DNA of 58,893 bases from Pseudomonadota bacterium (GTDB lineage: Bacteria > Pseudomonadota > Gammaproteobacteria > Burkholderiales > SG8-39). The stretch covers positions 1 to 58,893 of the forward strand of contig JBFLYF010000001.1 of NCBI GenBank assembly GCA_040756795.1, written 5' to 3'. The translations under genes were made by a program, and so were the position numbers. Shown here one piece after another: positions 35,414 to 45,530 of the stretch (its first letter is position 1; the number at the start of each line of letters is the position of its first letter). The notes below the pieces were generated by a model. The model was given only the letters and a program-made list of their open reading frames with translations, was not told where the DNA came from and searched no databases.

Positions 35414-36412
35414 ATGCCTCAGAACAAGGCCTGGACGCTCGCCAGCTACCCCGAGGGGTGGGTGAGCGAGCAGAACTTCAAGCTCGTCGAGTCGCCCGCG
35501 CCCGCGCCGAAGGAGGGCGAGGTGCTGGTCAGGAACCTTTGGCTCTCGCTCGACCCCTACATGCGCGGCCGTCTGAGCCAGCAGAAGAGCTACGTCAAGG
35601 GCGTGGAGATCGGCGAGGTGATGACGGGCGAGACCGCCGGCGAAGTGCTCGAGTCCAAGCACCCGAAGTTCAAGCCCGGCGACAAGGTGACCGCGCCCTC
35701 GGGCTGGCAGCTCTACTGCTGCGTGAAAGGCGAGCAACTCACCAAGGTCGATGCCTCGAAGGTGCCGCTGTCGTACTTCCTCGGCTGCCTCGGCATGCCC
35801 GGGCGCACGGCCTACTTCGGCATGAAGGACATCCTCGCGCCCAAGCCTGGCGAGACGGTGCTGGTCTCGGCTGCGTCGGGCGCGGTAGGAAGCGTCGTAG
35901 GGCAGCTCGCGAAAGCCTGGGGCTGCCGCGCAGTCGGCATCGCCGGCGGCAAGGAGAAGTGCGAGTACGTGGTCAAGGACCTGGGCCTGGATGCCTGCTT
36001 GGACTACAAGGCGGGCAACCTCTTCCGCGACCTGAAGGAAGCCTGCCCGAAAGGCGTGGACGCCTATTTCGAGAACGTGGGCGGCGAGACCCTCGACACG
36101 GCGCTGCGGCTGATGAACGTGCGCTCGCGCATCGCCGTGTGCGGGCTGATCTCCGAGTACAACGCGACCGAGCCCTACGGCGTGAAGATGTTCCGCTCGA
36201 TCCTGGTCAACCGCATCAAGGTGCAGGGCATGATCGTGTTCGACTGGCTCGAGCGCTACCCCGAGGCGAACAAGGCGCTCGCCGAGCTGGTCGCGGCGGG
36301 CAAGCTGAAGACGCGCGAGTCGGTGCTCGAGGGAATCGAGAACGCGCCGCGGGGGCTGGTCGGGCTGCTCAAGGGCCAGAACTTCGGCAAGCAGCTCGTC
36401 AAGCTCGCATGA
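35414..36412 (+). CDS. NADP-dependent oxidoreductase (MDR; alkenal/one or prostaglandin-reductase-like)
   Basis: NLWLSLDPYMRGR, VSAASGAVGSVVGQLAK, ESVLEGIENAPRGLVGLLKGQNFGKQLVKL. Confidence 0.85.
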   Translation: MPQNKAWTLASYPEGWVSEQNFKLVESPAPAPKEGEVLVRNLWLSLDPYMRGRLSQQKSYVKGVEIGEVMTGETAGEVLESKHPKFKPGDKVTAPSGWQLYCCVKGEQLTKVDASKVPLSYFLGCLGMPGRTAYFGMKDILAPKPGETVLVSAASGAVGSVVGQLAKAWGCRAVGIAGGKEKCEYVVKDLGLDACLDYKAGNLFRDLKEACPKGVDAYFENVGGETLDTALRLMNVRSRIAVCGLISEYNATEPYGVKMFRSILVNRIKVQGMIVFDWLERYPEANKALAELVAAGKLKTRESVLEGIENAPRGLVGLLKGQNFGKQLVKLA

Positions 36413-36921
36413 GCGCCGAGCAGGGCCCGGGTGCGCCGCGCTACGTCGGCTTCTGGGCGCGCTTCGTGGCTTTCCTCGTCGATTCGGTCGTGGCGCTGGC
36501 GGTGATCGTGCCGCTGCTGCTTGCGGTGCACAGCCCGGCCGAATGGCAAAGGCTCTCGGCGAGCCTGGAAGAGGCGCTGGCCAAGGCGGCGAGCGGCGTG
36601 CAGGTCGACGTCTCGGCGCTGGTGCGCGATACCGGCTTCTCGGGGCCGCTCGACGTCCTCATCCAGGTGGTGCTGCCGATCGCCGCGCTGCTCGCGTTCT
36701 GGAAGTTTCGCAATTCCTCGCCCGGCAAGATGCTGTTCGGCGCGAGAATCGCAGACGCCGACACCGGCAAGCCGCCCTCGGACGCGAGGCTGCTCGCGCG
36801 GTTCCTCGGCTATTTCGTCTCGATCCTGACGCTCGGGATCGGCTTCCTGTGGATCGCGATCGACCGCCGGAAGCAGGGCCTGCACGACAAGATCGCGCGC
36901 ACCGTGGTGATCCGCGAATGA
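36409..36921 (+). CDS. RDD family membrane protein
   Basis: YVGFWARFVAFLVDSVV..., ...IDRRKQGLHDKIARTVV. ATGA overlap with the upstream stop. Confidence 0.8.
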   Translation: MSAEQGPGAPRYVGFWARFVAFLVDSVVALAVIVPLLLAVHSPAEWQRLSASLEEALAKAASGVQVDVSALVRDTGFSGPLDVLIQVVLPIAALLAFWKFRNSSPGKMLFGARIADADTGKPPSDARLLARFLGYFVSILTLGIGFLWIAIDRRKQGLHDKIARTVVIRE

Positions 36922-37616
36922 TCGAGCTCTACACCTGGCCCACGCCGAACGGGCACAAGATCCACATCATGCTGGAGGAGACGGGCACGCCCTACCGCGT
37001 GATTCCGGTGGATATCGGCGCCGGCGACCAGTTCAAGCCCGAGTTCCTCAGGATCTCGCCCAACAACAAGATGCCGGCGATGATCGACACCGACGGACCC
37101 GAAGGCAAGGGCAGGCCCTTCGCGCTCGCGGAGTCCGGCGCGATGCTCTTCTACCTCGCCGCGAAGACCGGCAGGTTCCTGCCACAGGACCTGCGCAGGA
37201 AGTGGCAGGTGATGCAGTGGGTGATGTTCCAGATGGGGCACATCGGCCCGATGCTCGGGCAGGCGCACCACTTCCTCGGCTACGCGCCGGAGAAGATCCC
37301 CTACGCCATGAACCGCTACCAGAACGAGGCGAACCGCCTCTACGGCGTGGTCGACCGGCGGCTGAAGGAGTCCGAATACCTCGCCTGCGACGAGTACACC
37401 ATCGCCGACATGGCCACCGTGCCGTGGCTACGCTTCCCCGAGCGCCAGGGCGTGAGCATCGACGAGTATCCCGCGCTCAGGCGCTGGCGCGACGCGATCC
37501 TCGCCCGGCCCGCGGTGCAGAAGGCGCTCCAGGTGCTCGCCGACCGGCGCCGCACCGAGATGACTCCGGAGCAGAGAGAGATCCTGTTCGGCGCCACGCA
37601 ATATGCCAGGCACTGA
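36918..37616 (+). CDS. yfcG: Glutathione S-transferase, YfcG-like (Nu class)
   Basis: MIELYTWPTPNGHKIHIMLEE...FLRISPNNKMPAMID...GPMLGQAHHF closely tracks E. coli YfcG as I remember it. Confidence 0.8.
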   Translation: MIELYTWPTPNGHKIHIMLEETGTPYRVIPVDIGAGDQFKPEFLRISPNNKMPAMIDTDGPEGKGRPFALAESGAMLFYLAAKTGRFLPQDLRRKWQVMQWVMFQMGHIGPMLGQAHHFLGYAPEKIPYAMNRYQNEANRLYGVVDRRLKESEYLACDEYTIADMATVPWLRFPERQGVSIDEYPALRRWRDAILARPAVQKALQVLADRRRTEMTPEQREILFGATQYARH

Positions 37617-38373
37617 ATTGAAGGGGAAGGTCGCCTGGATCACCGGCGGCGGCTCCGGAATCGGCCTTGCCGGCGCCGAGGAGCTGGCCAAGGTCGGAGC
37701 GCACGTGGTGATCTCGGGTCGAAATGCCCGGACCAATGAAACAGCTTTAGCGAATTTGAAGAGGCTCGGAAGCGCGGAAGCGACCCTTCTGGATGTCTCA
37801 AGCAAGAATGCCGTAACCCAAGTCGCGGCGGATATCGAAAAGCGCCATGGCCGCATCGACATCCTGGTGAACAGCGCGGGCATCAACATCACCGGTGCGA
37901 AGCGTAATTTCGAGACGATGTCGGCGGAGGCTTGGGACGAGGTGGTGGCGATCAATCTGAACGGCCTGTTCTACTGCTGCCATGCCGTCCTCCCGGGCAT
38001 GCGCAGGCGCAGGGACGGCCTGATCATCAATCTTTCGTCGTGGTTCGGGCGCTACGCGAACAAGCTCGGCGGACCGGCCTACAACGCGACCAAGCGCGCC
38101 GTGATCGCGGTCACCGAGTCGATCAACATCGAAGAGTGCACGAACGGCATTCGCGCGACCACGATCTGCCCGGGCGAGGTGGCGACGCCGATCATGGAGA
38201 AGCGGCCGGTGCCGCCCTCGCAGGAGGAGCGCGCGCGCATGGCTCAGGCCGAGGATCTCGGCAAGGCGATCCTCTTCATCGCCACGATGCCGGCGCGCAC
38301 CTGCGTCAACGAGCTGATCATCAGCCCGACCTGGAACCGGCTCGTGATCGGCGGCCTGGAGGCGCCGAAGTAA
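37603..38373 (+). CDS. SDR family oxidoreductase
   Basis: GKVAWITGGGSGIGLAGA, NSAG, YNATKRA. Overlaps the GST by 14 nt. Confidence 0.88.
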   Translation: MPGTELKGKVAWITGGGSGIGLAGAEELAKVGAHVVISGRNARTNETALANLKRLGSAEATLLDVSSKNAVTQVAADIEKRHGRIDILVNSAGINITGAKRNFETMSAEAWDEVVAINLNGLFYCCHAVLPGMRRRRDGLIINLSSWFGRYANKLGGPAYNATKRAVIAVTESINIEECTNGIRATTICPGEVATPIMEKRPVPPSQEERARMAQAEDLGKAILFIATMPARTCVNELIISPTWNRLVIGGLEAPK

Positions 38374-39578
38374 TCGCGCTCTTCGCGCGCGTCTTCCTGC
38401 CGTTCGCGGCGGGCTACTACATCTCGTATTCGTACCGGTCGCTGAACGCGATCCTCGGCCCGCGCATCGCCGCCGAGTTCGGCCTGGATGCGGCGCAGCT
38501 GGGGCTGCTCACCAGCGTCTACTTCCTCGGTTTCGGCCTGGTGCAGATCCCCTTCGGCCTCGCGCTCGACCGCTACGGCCCGGCGCGGGTGGACGCGCTG
38601 CTGCTCCTGCTCGCCGCAATCGGCGCCGCGCTGTTTGCGGTTGGAGATTCGTATTTCACTCTCATCGTCGGCCGGGCGCTCATCGGCATCGGGGTATCTG
38701 TCTGCCTGATGGCCACCTTCCAGGCGTTCGTGCTCTGGTACCCGCTCGAGCGCATCGCCACCATGAACGCGAGCGCCTTCGCGGTCGGCATCCTCGGCGC
38801 GATCACGGTGACGGTGCCGCTAGAGGCGGCGCTGGAAGTGATGCATTGGCGCACGATCGCCTGGCTGCTCGCGGGCATCACGCTCGCGGCGAGCGCTGCG
38901 CTGTGGCTCGCCGTGCCGGGGCGCCCGCGCGAAGCGCCGCACGACTCGCTCGCCGCGGCGCTCGCCGGCGTGCGCACGCTGCTCGGCGACGCAGTCTTTC
39001 GCCGCGCCGCGGTCATGATCGGCTGCAGCCAGTTCGCCGCGGTGTCGCTCTCGACGCTCTGGATCGCGACGTGGCTGCGCGACGTCGCGGGCTACGATCG
39101 CGGCGAGGTGGCGCTGGGGCTGCTCGCGGTCGCGATCGGCCTCATGGCGGGCTACCTGGTCCTGGGCCGCATGGCCGACGCGCGCGCGCGCGACGGGCGT
39201 TCGGTGGTGCCGCTGGTGGCGGGCGGCATCGCGCTCTCGTCGCTCTGCCTGCTGCTGATCGCGCTCGGCGTGACCACGGGCGCGCTCGCGCTCTGGGTCG
39301 TGTTCATCTTCGCTTCCAGCGCGGCGGTGCTCGCCTATTCGATCCTCGCGCGGCGCTTTCCGAAGGAAATGGCGGGGCGCGTCAACACCACGCTCAACAC
39401 CTTCGCCTTCCTCGGCATGTTCCTCGGCCAGTGGATCGCCGGGCTGATCCTGAACCTCTGGGCGCCCACGGCTGCCGGCTACGACCCGCAGGCCTACCCC
39501 TGGGCGTTCGGCGCGCTGTGGCTGGTGCAGCTCGCCGGGCTCGCCTGGTTCTGGAGCGGGCGGCGGCTTTTCTCCTAA
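38373..39578 (+). CDS. MFS transporter (start codon unresolved)
   Basis: About 12 TM segments, LDRYGPARV loop motif. No in-frame ATG/GTG/TTG between 38139 and about 38540. The left coordinate is set at the ATC just after the SDR stop and is a placeholder. Confidence 0.7.
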   Translation: MALFARVFLPFAAGYYISYSYRSLNAILGPRIAAEFGLDAAQLGLLTSVYFLGFGLVQIPFGLALDRYGPARVDALLLLLAAIGAALFAVGDSYFTLIVGRALIGIGVSVCLMATFQAFVLWYPLERIATMNASAFAVGILGAITVTVPLEAALEVMHWRTIAWLLAGITLAASAALWLAVPGRPREAPHDSLAAALAGVRTLLGDAVFRRAAVMIGCSQFAAVSLSTLWIATWLRDVAGYDRGEVALGLLAVAIGLMAGYLVLGRMADARARDGRSVVPLVAGGIALSSLCLLLIALGVTTGALALWVVFIFASSAAVLAYSILARRFPKEMAGRVNTTLNTFAFLGMFLGQWIAGLILNLWAPTAAGYDPQAYPWAFGALWLVQLAGLAWFWSGRRLFS

Positions 39579-39588
39579 CGCGAGACGA

Positions 39589-39999
39589 TCAAGCCCTCGG
39601 TTCCAGGCCCCGGAAGGTGCCGATCGCCTTGGCGACGAGCTCGCCGGCGTCGCTCTTCACCTCGCCCTCGCAGAAGATCGTCGACTTTCCCGCTCGCACG
39701 ACCCGGCCTTCGGCCCGGAGGACGCCCTTCGCGGTACTGATGAACTGCGTGCTCAAGTCGATCGTCATGATCGAGCGCGGCGGATCGAAGAGCGTGCGCG
39801 CGGACATCGACAGCGTGATGTCGAGCAGCGACAGGATCGCGCCGCCGTGCACCGTGCCCCAGCTGGTGGTGAACTCGGGCTTGATCTCGAGCGACAGGCG
39901 CGCGACGCCTTTTTCCAGCGCATCGACCTTGATGCCGAGGTGCTCGGAAAAAGGGATCTGCCGCGTGAATTCGTAGGTCTCCCGCGGCACCCCGCTCAT
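39589..39999 (-). CDS. PaaI-family hotdog-fold thioesterase
   Basis: IPFSEHLGIKVDALEKGVARLSLEI...GTVHGGAILSLLD. ATGA overlap with the upstream SDR stop. Confidence 0.85.
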   Translation of the reverse strand: MSGVPRETYEFTRQIPFSEHLGIKVDALEKGVARLSLEIKPEFTTSWGTVHGGAILSLLDITLSMSARTLFDPPRSIMTIDLSTQFISTAKGVLRAEGRVVRAGKSTIFCEGEVKSDAGELVAKAIGTFRGLEPRA

Positions 40000-40772
40000 A
40001 TCAGCATCGCCCCGCCGTCCACCGCGATCGCCTCGCCGGTGATGTGGCGCGAGGCTTCCGAGGCGAGCAGCACGGCGAGCCCTTTCAGGTCCTCCGGACC
40101 GCCGAGGCGCTGCGTCGGCGTCGCCTTTCGCACCATCTCGCCGGTCGTGTCGAGCGTCGCCGCGGTCATCTTCGAGGGAAAGAACCCCGGGCAGATCGCG
40201 TTCACCGTGATGCCGTAGGGGCCCCACTCGGCGGCGAGCTGCTTGGTCATGCCTACGACGCCGTGCTTGGTCGCGTTGTAGGACACCGTGCGCACCACCG
40301 CCGGGTCGCTCGCGTAGAGCCCCGCCACCGAGGCGACGTTGACGATGCGCCCCCACTTCGCCGGGATCATGGCCTTCTTCGCCGCCTGCTGCGACATGAC
40401 GAAGGTGCCCACGAGATTCAGGCCGATCAGCTTGTCCCAGGCTTCGAGCGGGTGATCCTCCGCGGGCGCGCCCCACACCGCGCCGGCGTTGTTGACGAGG
40501 ATGTCGAGGCGGCCGAGCTTCGCCAGCATCTGGTCGAAGGCGCCCGGAATCGTCTCGCGCCGGCCGATATCGCACACGAACGCGTGCGCCTCGATGCCCA
40601 TCTTCTCGAGATGCGCCACGGCCTGCTCGAGCTCGTCTTTCTTCCGCGCGGTGAGCGCGAGCTTCGCGCCCATCTCGCCGAGCGCTTCGGCGATCTGCAG
40701 GCCTAGGCCGCGCCCGCCGCCGGTGACGATCGCGGCGCGGCCCGAGAGGTCGAGCAGCTGTTTCACGGACAT
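39996..40772 (-). CDS. SDR family oxidoreductase (gluconate-5-dehydrogenase-like)
   Basis: GRAAIVTGGGRGLGLQIA, NNAG, YNATKHG. Confidence 0.88.
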   Translation of the reverse strand: MSVKQLLDLSGRAAIVTGGGRGLGLQIAEALGEMGAKLALTARKKDELEQAVAHLEKMGIEAHAFVCDIGRRETIPGAFDQMLAKLGRLDILVNNAGAVWGAPAEDHPLEAWDKLIGLNLVGTFVMSQQAAKKAMIPAKWGRIVNVASVAGLYASDPAVVRTVSYNATKHGVVGMTKQLAAEWGPYGITVNAICPGFFPSKMTAATLDTTGEMVRKATPTQRLGGPEDLKGLAVLLASEASRHITGEAIAVDGGAMLI

Positions 40773-40813
40773 GGAAATCTCCCCGAAAAGCGCGATGCTA
40801 GTATAGCCGCGGC

Positions 40814-42943
40814 ATGAGCACACGCCCGGCGTACACGCGCGCCACGCTCGAGCCGCTGCTCGCGCCGAAGTCGATCGCGATCGTCGGCGCCTCGCCGCGG
40901 CCGAACTCCTTCGGCCAGCGCACGCTCGAAAATCTCTCCCAGTACGAGGGCGAGATCTTCCTCGTCAATTCGCGCTACGAGCAAATCGCCGGGCGCCCCT
41001 GCCATCGCTCGCTCGCGGCGCTGCCGCGTGCGCCCGACTGCGCGGTGCTGGTGGTTCCGGCGGATGCCGTGGAGGCTACGCTCGGCGAGGCAGCCGCGGC
41101 GGGCGCGCGCTCGGCGATCGTGTATGCCTCGGGCTACGGCGAGATGGAGGCCTCCGAGCGCGCACACGCGCAGCAACGGCTTGCGGAGATCGCACACGCC
41201 GCCCGAATGCCGATGCTGGGCCCGAACTGCATGGGGCTGGTGAACCACGCGCTGCGCGCGGGCATGACCTTCATCCCCGAATACTCGCGCTCGCCGCGCA
41301 ACGCCGGCCAGCTCGCGATCGTCAGCCAGTCGGGCGCGCTCGGCTACACGCTGGCGCAAGTCTGGGAGCGCGGGCTCGGCGTGCGAATCTTCGTGTCGGC
41401 CGGCAACTCGGCCGACGTCGACGTCGCCGACCTGGTCGCCGCGCTCGCCGAGGACCCCGAGTGCCGCGCGATCGCCTGCCTCTTCGAGGGCGCGACCAGC
41501 GCCGCGCGCTTGCTCGAGGCGGGCGAGCGCGCGCGGCGCGCGGGCAAGCCGGTGGTCATGCTCAAGCTCGGCACGAGCGAGGACGGGGCGGCGGCGGCGC
41601 GCTCGCACACCGGCTCGCTCGCCGGGTCGGCGATCGCCTGGCGCGCGCTTTTCGAGCGCGCCGGGTTCGTCGCGGTGGAGGACTACGAGTCGCTCATCGA
41701 GACGGCGCGCTTCCTCGCCGTAGCGGGTGCGCCGCGCGCGCGCGGCGTGGCGGTGATCTCGGGCTCGGGCGGCGCCGGCGTGATGGCCGCGGACAAGGCC
41801 GCGAAGCACGCCATACCGATGCCGCAGCCCCTGCCCGAAACGGCGAAAGTGCTGCGCACGATCGTCCCGGAGTTCGGCGCGGCGCGCAACCCCTGCGATC
41901 CGACGGGGCAGGTGCTGAGCAATCCGGACTCGTTCGGCCAGTGCTGCCGCGCGCTGCTCGCCGATGCGCAATACGGCGCGCTCGTGATTCCGGCCACGGT
42001 CGCGGTGGCCGAGACCGCCAGGCTGCGCGTGCCCGAGATCGCGGCGCTCGCGCGCGCGCAGCCCAAGCCCGTGGCGATCGTCTGGCTTTCCGAATGGCTG
42101 CAGGGCCCGGGCGCGCAGGGCTACGAGGGCGACGAGCGAATCCCGGTCTTTCGCTCGATGGACCGCTGCTTCGCCGCGATCGCCGCCTGGCAGGCGAAAG
42201 CCGAAGCAGGATTCGACGCCTCGCAGGCAAGAGTTTCCTCGAGGGAAGCAAAAGAAGCAGCCCGCGCGATTCTCGCGGCTGCAGGGGAGGTCGTCGCCGA
42301 GCGCGAGGCAAAGCGCGTGCTCGCGGCCTACGGCGTGCCGGTCGTGGAGGAGCGCCTTGCGAAGAGCGCGGACGAGGCGGCCGCCGCCGCGCGCGCGCTG
42401 GGCTACCCGGTCGCGATCAAGGTCGAGTCGCCCGCGATCCTGCACAAGACCGAGGCAGGCGTGGTGCGGCTCTCGATCGCGGGCGAGACGGCGCTGCGCA
42501 AGGCCTACGACGAGGTCATGGCGGCGGCGCGCAGCGCGGCAGCCGAGGCGGACATCCGCGGCGTGCTGGTGCAGCCGATGGCCGAAGGCGCGGAAGTCAT
42601 CGCAGGCGCGCGCATCGATCCCGCGGTAGGGCCGCTGGTAGTGGTCGGCTCGGGCGGCGTCCTGGTCGAGCTGATCCACGACAGCGTCGCCGCGCTCGCG
42701 CCGGTGTCGCCGGCCGAGGCACGCGCCATGATCGGTCGGCTGCGCGGCGCGAAGCTCCTCTCGGGCTTTCGCGGCGCGGCGGCCGTGGACCTGGATGCGC
42801 TCGCCGCGGCTGTCGCACGCATCTCGGAGCTCGCCGCCGACCTCGCCGGCGAGATCGAGGAGCTGGACGTGAACCCCCTGCGCTGCACCCCCGAGCGCAT
42901 CCTCGCGGTGGATGCGCTGATCACGAAGAAGCGCAAGGGCTGA
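40814..42943 (+). CDS. ADP-forming acyl-CoA synthetase (acetate-CoA ligase family; CoA-binding, ligase-CoA and ATP-grasp domains)
   Basis: PKSIAIVGASPRPNSFG..., ...GPNCMGLVN..., C-terminal ATP-grasp (AKRVLAAYGVPVVEE...GYPVAIKVESP). Confidence 0.85.
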   Translation: MSTRPAYTRATLEPLLAPKSIAIVGASPRPNSFGQRTLENLSQYEGEIFLVNSRYEQIAGRPCHRSLAALPRAPDCAVLVVPADAVEATLGEAAAAGARSAIVYASGYGEMEASERAHAQQRLAEIAHAARMPMLGPNCMGLVNHALRAGMTFIPEYSRSPRNAGQLAIVSQSGALGYTLAQVWERGLGVRIFVSAGNSADVDVADLVAALAEDPECRAIACLFEGATSAARLLEAGERARRAGKPVVMLKLGTSEDGAAAARSHTGSLAGSAIAWRALFERAGFVAVEDYESLIETARFLAVAGAPRARGVAVISGSGGAGVMAADKAAKHAIPMPQPLPETAKVLRTIVPEFGAARNPCDPTGQVLSNPDSFGQCCRALLADAQYGALVIPATVAVAETARLRVPEIAALARAQPKPVAIVWLSEWLQGPGAQGYEGDERIPVFRSMDRCFAAIAAWQAKAEAGFDASQARVSSREAKEAARAILAAAGEVVAEREAKRVLAAYGVPVVEERLAKSADEAAAAARALGYPVAIKVESPAILHKTEAGVVRLSIAGETALRKAYDEVMAAARSAAAEADIRGVLVQPMAEGAEVIAGARIDPAVGPLVVVGSGGVLVELIHDSVAALAPVSPAEARAMIGRLRGAKLLSGFRGAAAVDLDALAAAVARISELAADLAGEIEELDVNPLRCTPERILAVDALITKKRKG

Positions 42944-42944
42944 A

Positions 42945-44111
42945 GTGATCTCCGGCACGCACCACTGGCCGGCGCAGGAGCGGGTAATTTATGGGAAACC
43001 CGTTGTGGAAGCCCTGAAGGAAGAACTTGCCCGGGTTACATCACAACGGATCCTTGTAACGACAACGCGTTCTCTCACGAACGGCGCGCTGGTCGCGCGC
43101 ATCGTCAGAAGCCTGGGAAGCAAATTCGCGGGCAAGTTCGACGCCGTGGCCGCGCACAGCCCGCGCGAAGCGGTGATCGCGGGCGCGCAGGCGCTGCGCG
43201 AGGCGAAGGCGGACCTCGTCGTCGCGGTGGGCGGCGGCTCGGTGATCGACGCCACCAAGGTGATGCTGCTCGCGCTCTGGCGCGAGGTGCGCGACGTGGA
43301 GGCGCTCTCGGCGCTCGCGGGCGTGCGCGGCAGCGCGGCGAACGAAGCGAGCGCCTGGGGCGCGGAGGCGCAAGGGCTTCGCATGATCGCGGTCCCTACG
43401 ACGCTCTCCGCGGCCGAGTTCTTCCCCAGCGCGGGCGTCACCGATGTGCAGCGGCGCGTCAAGCAGATGTACTTTCATCCGCTTTTCGTGCCGAAAGCGG
43501 TGATCCTCGACCCGGCGGCGACGCTCGAGACGCCGATGGAGCTGCTGCTCTCCACCGGCATGCGTGCGGTGGACCATGCGGTAGAGGGCTGGTGCTCGGT
43601 GAAGAGCGCGCCGATCGCCGATGCGGCAAACCGGGAAGCGATGAAGTTGCTTTCGTTTTCGCTTTCGGGAATTCATTCCGAAAAAGAAAATCTTGAAATG
43701 CGCGCCCTGGCGCAGCACGGCATGTGGCTGTCGCGCATCGCGACCATGGCGGGCATTCCCTACGGGGCGAGCCACGGCATCGGCTACCTGCTCGGCGGCG
43801 GCCGCGGCGTGCCGCACGGCATCACCTCGTGCGTGGCGCTGCCATGGGTGCTGGAGTGGAACGCAACCGTGAATGCCGCGCGTCAGGTGGAGGTATGCGC
43901 GGCGTTTGGCGGCGGCGAGAGTGCAGGGGTTGCTCTGAGGAACTTCATTGCAAACCTCGGCCTGCCAACGCGCATCCGCGAGGTCGGCATCAGGAAAGAG
44001 GAGCTGCCCGCGATCGCGGCGAGCTGGGACGGCAGCGGGCCGATCGCAACCAACCCGCGCAAAGTGCGCGGCAAGGACGACCTGCTGGAGATCCTCGAGC
44101 TCGCCTGGTAG
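42945..44111 (+). CDS. Iron-containing alcohol dehydrogenase family (maleylacetate-reductase-like)
   Basis: VAVGGGSVIDATK, ...HGIGYLLGG...PHG. GTG start 1 nt after the synthetase stop. Confidence 0.8.
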   Translation: MISGTHHWPAQERVIYGKPVVEALKEELARVTSQRILVTTTRSLTNGALVARIVRSLGSKFAGKFDAVAAHSPREAVIAGAQALREAKADLVVAVGGGSVIDATKVMLLALWREVRDVEALSALAGVRGSAANEASAWGAEAQGLRMIAVPTTLSAAEFFPSAGVTDVQRRVKQMYFHPLFVPKAVILDPAATLETPMELLLSTGMRAVDHAVEGWCSVKSAPIADAANREAMKLLSFSLSGIHSEKENLEMRALAQHGMWLSRIATMAGIPYGASHGIGYLLGGGRGVPHGITSCVALPWVLEWNATVNAARQVEVCAAFGGGESAGVALRNFIANLGLPTRIREVGIRKEELPAIAASWDGSGPIATNPRKVRGKDDLLEILELAW

Positions 44112-44125
44112 CCGCGCCCTGGTCG

Positions 44126-45382
44126 TCAGCCGCGGCTGACGGTCTGCGGATAGCCCATCGGCCGCCTCGGCTCAGGCGAGGCCGGGCGCTGCGATCGGCG
44201 CGGCTGCTGCCCGCCGAAGTGGCGCTGGGCGGGCTGATGCCGCTGCGGCTGGTGTCGTCCCGGCTCGAAGCCGGCAACGACTCGCTGCTCCACCTTGCGG
44301 TTCATCAGCCGCTCGATCGCCGCCATCAGCGCTCGCTCCTCGGGCGCGACCAGCGACACCGCCTCGCCCGAGGCGCCCGCGCGGCCGGTGCGGCCGATGC
44401 GGTGCACGTAGTCCTCGGCGACGTGCGGCAGGTCGAAGTTCACCACGTGGGGCAGCTCGTCGATGTCGATGCCGCGCGCCGCGATGTCGGTCGCCACCAG
44501 CACCTGGAGCGCGTTGTCCTTGAAGCGCTTGAGCACGCGCGTGCGCTGGGGCTGGCTCTTGTTGCCATGAATCGCGTCGGCCTCGATGCCCGAGGCGTTG
44601 AGCTGCTTGGCGAGGCGGTTGGCGCCGTGCTTGGTGCGCGTGAAGACCAGCACCTGGTGCCAGTTGCCCTCGTTCACCAGATGCGCGAGCAGCTCTCGCT
44701 TGCGCCCCGCGTCGACCGGATGCTGCACCTGGGCGACCAGCTCGGCGGGCGTATTGCGCCGCGCGACCTCTACCGTGGCGGGGCTGCGCATGAAGCCCGC
44801 GGCGAGCTTGCGGATCTCGTCCGGGAACGTCGCCGAGAACATGAGGTTATGCCGCTGCTTCGGCAGCAGGCCGATGATGCGCCGGATGTCGTGGATGAAG
44901 CCCATGTCGAGCATGCGGTCGGCTTCGTCGAGCACCAGGATCTCTACCGCGCGCAGGTCGATGGTCTTCTGCTGCACGTGGTCGAGCAGGCGGCCCGGCG
45001 TGGCGACGACGATGTCGACGCCGCGGCGCAGCTCCTGGATCTGCGGGTTGATGTTGACGCCGCCGAAGATCGTGGTCGAGCGCAGCGGCTTGTGCTTGCC
45101 GTAGACGCGCACGCTTTCCTGGACCTGCGCCGCGAGCTCGCGCGTGGGAACGAGCACGAGCGCGCGGACGGCTTTTCCGGGTCCCTTTGCAGAAAGGATT
45201 TGAAGCAAAGGCAAGGTGAACGCAGCGGTCTTGCCCGTACCGGTCTGCGCGGCGGCGAGCAGATCCTTGCCCGCGAGCACGACGGGAATCGCCTGCGCCT
45301 GAATGGGCGTCGGCGTGGTGTAGCCCTGCTCCGCTACAGCGCGCAGCAGTTCGGGCGTGAGCCCGAGCTTGTGGAACGACAT
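44126..45382 (-). CDS. rhlE: ATP-dependent DEAD-box RNA helicase RhlE
   Basis: [53 protein letters not shown], basic Arg/Gln-rich tail. ATG preceded by AGGAG. Confidence 0.92.
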   Translation of the reverse strand: MSFHKLGLTPELLRAVAEQGYTTPTPIQAQAIPVVLAGKDLLAAAQTGTGKTAAFTLPLLQILSAKGPGKAVRALVLVPTRELAAQVQESVRVYGKHKPLRSTTIFGGVNINPQIQELRRGVDIVVATPGRLLDHVQQKTIDLRAVEILVLDEADRMLDMGFIHDIRRIIGLLPKQRHNLMFSATFPDEIRKLAAGFMRSPATVEVARRNTPAELVAQVQHPVDAGRKRELLAHLVNEGNWHQVLVFTRTKHGANRLAKQLNASGIEADAIHGNKSQPQRTRVLKRFKDNALQVLVATDIAARGIDIDELPHVVNFDLPHVAEDYVHRIGRTGRAGASGEAVSLVAPEERALMAAIERLMNRKVEQRVVAGFEPGRHQPQRHQPAQRHFGGQQPRRSQRPASPEPRRPMGYPQTVSRG

Positions 45383-45530
45383 GAACGATGACTCCTGAAC
45401 AATCGGCCTGGGAGGGCGAGCCTCCAACCGGTTCAGGCAATTGAAGTTGCTATGGGAACGCTAACCGGATGACGCGAGAAAACCTGCAACTGCAGGCCGC
45501 ATTATACACGCTTCCGGCCCGTCACGTCAG
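45383..45530 (-). promoter_or_regulatory. rhlE promoter and structured 5' UTR
   Basis: Minus strand: CTGACG (45525-45530), 18-nt spacer, TATAAT (45501-45506). The roughly 110-nt leader contains the hairpin CCTGAAC...GTTCAGG (45394-45437), whose 3' arm overlaps the SD. Confidence 0.4.

Noticed and set aside
38136-38372. GTG at 38136 as the MFS transporter start
   Set aside because: It would overlap the SDR gene by 238 nt and add an 80-aa Arg/Gly/His-rich extension unlike any MFS N-terminus.
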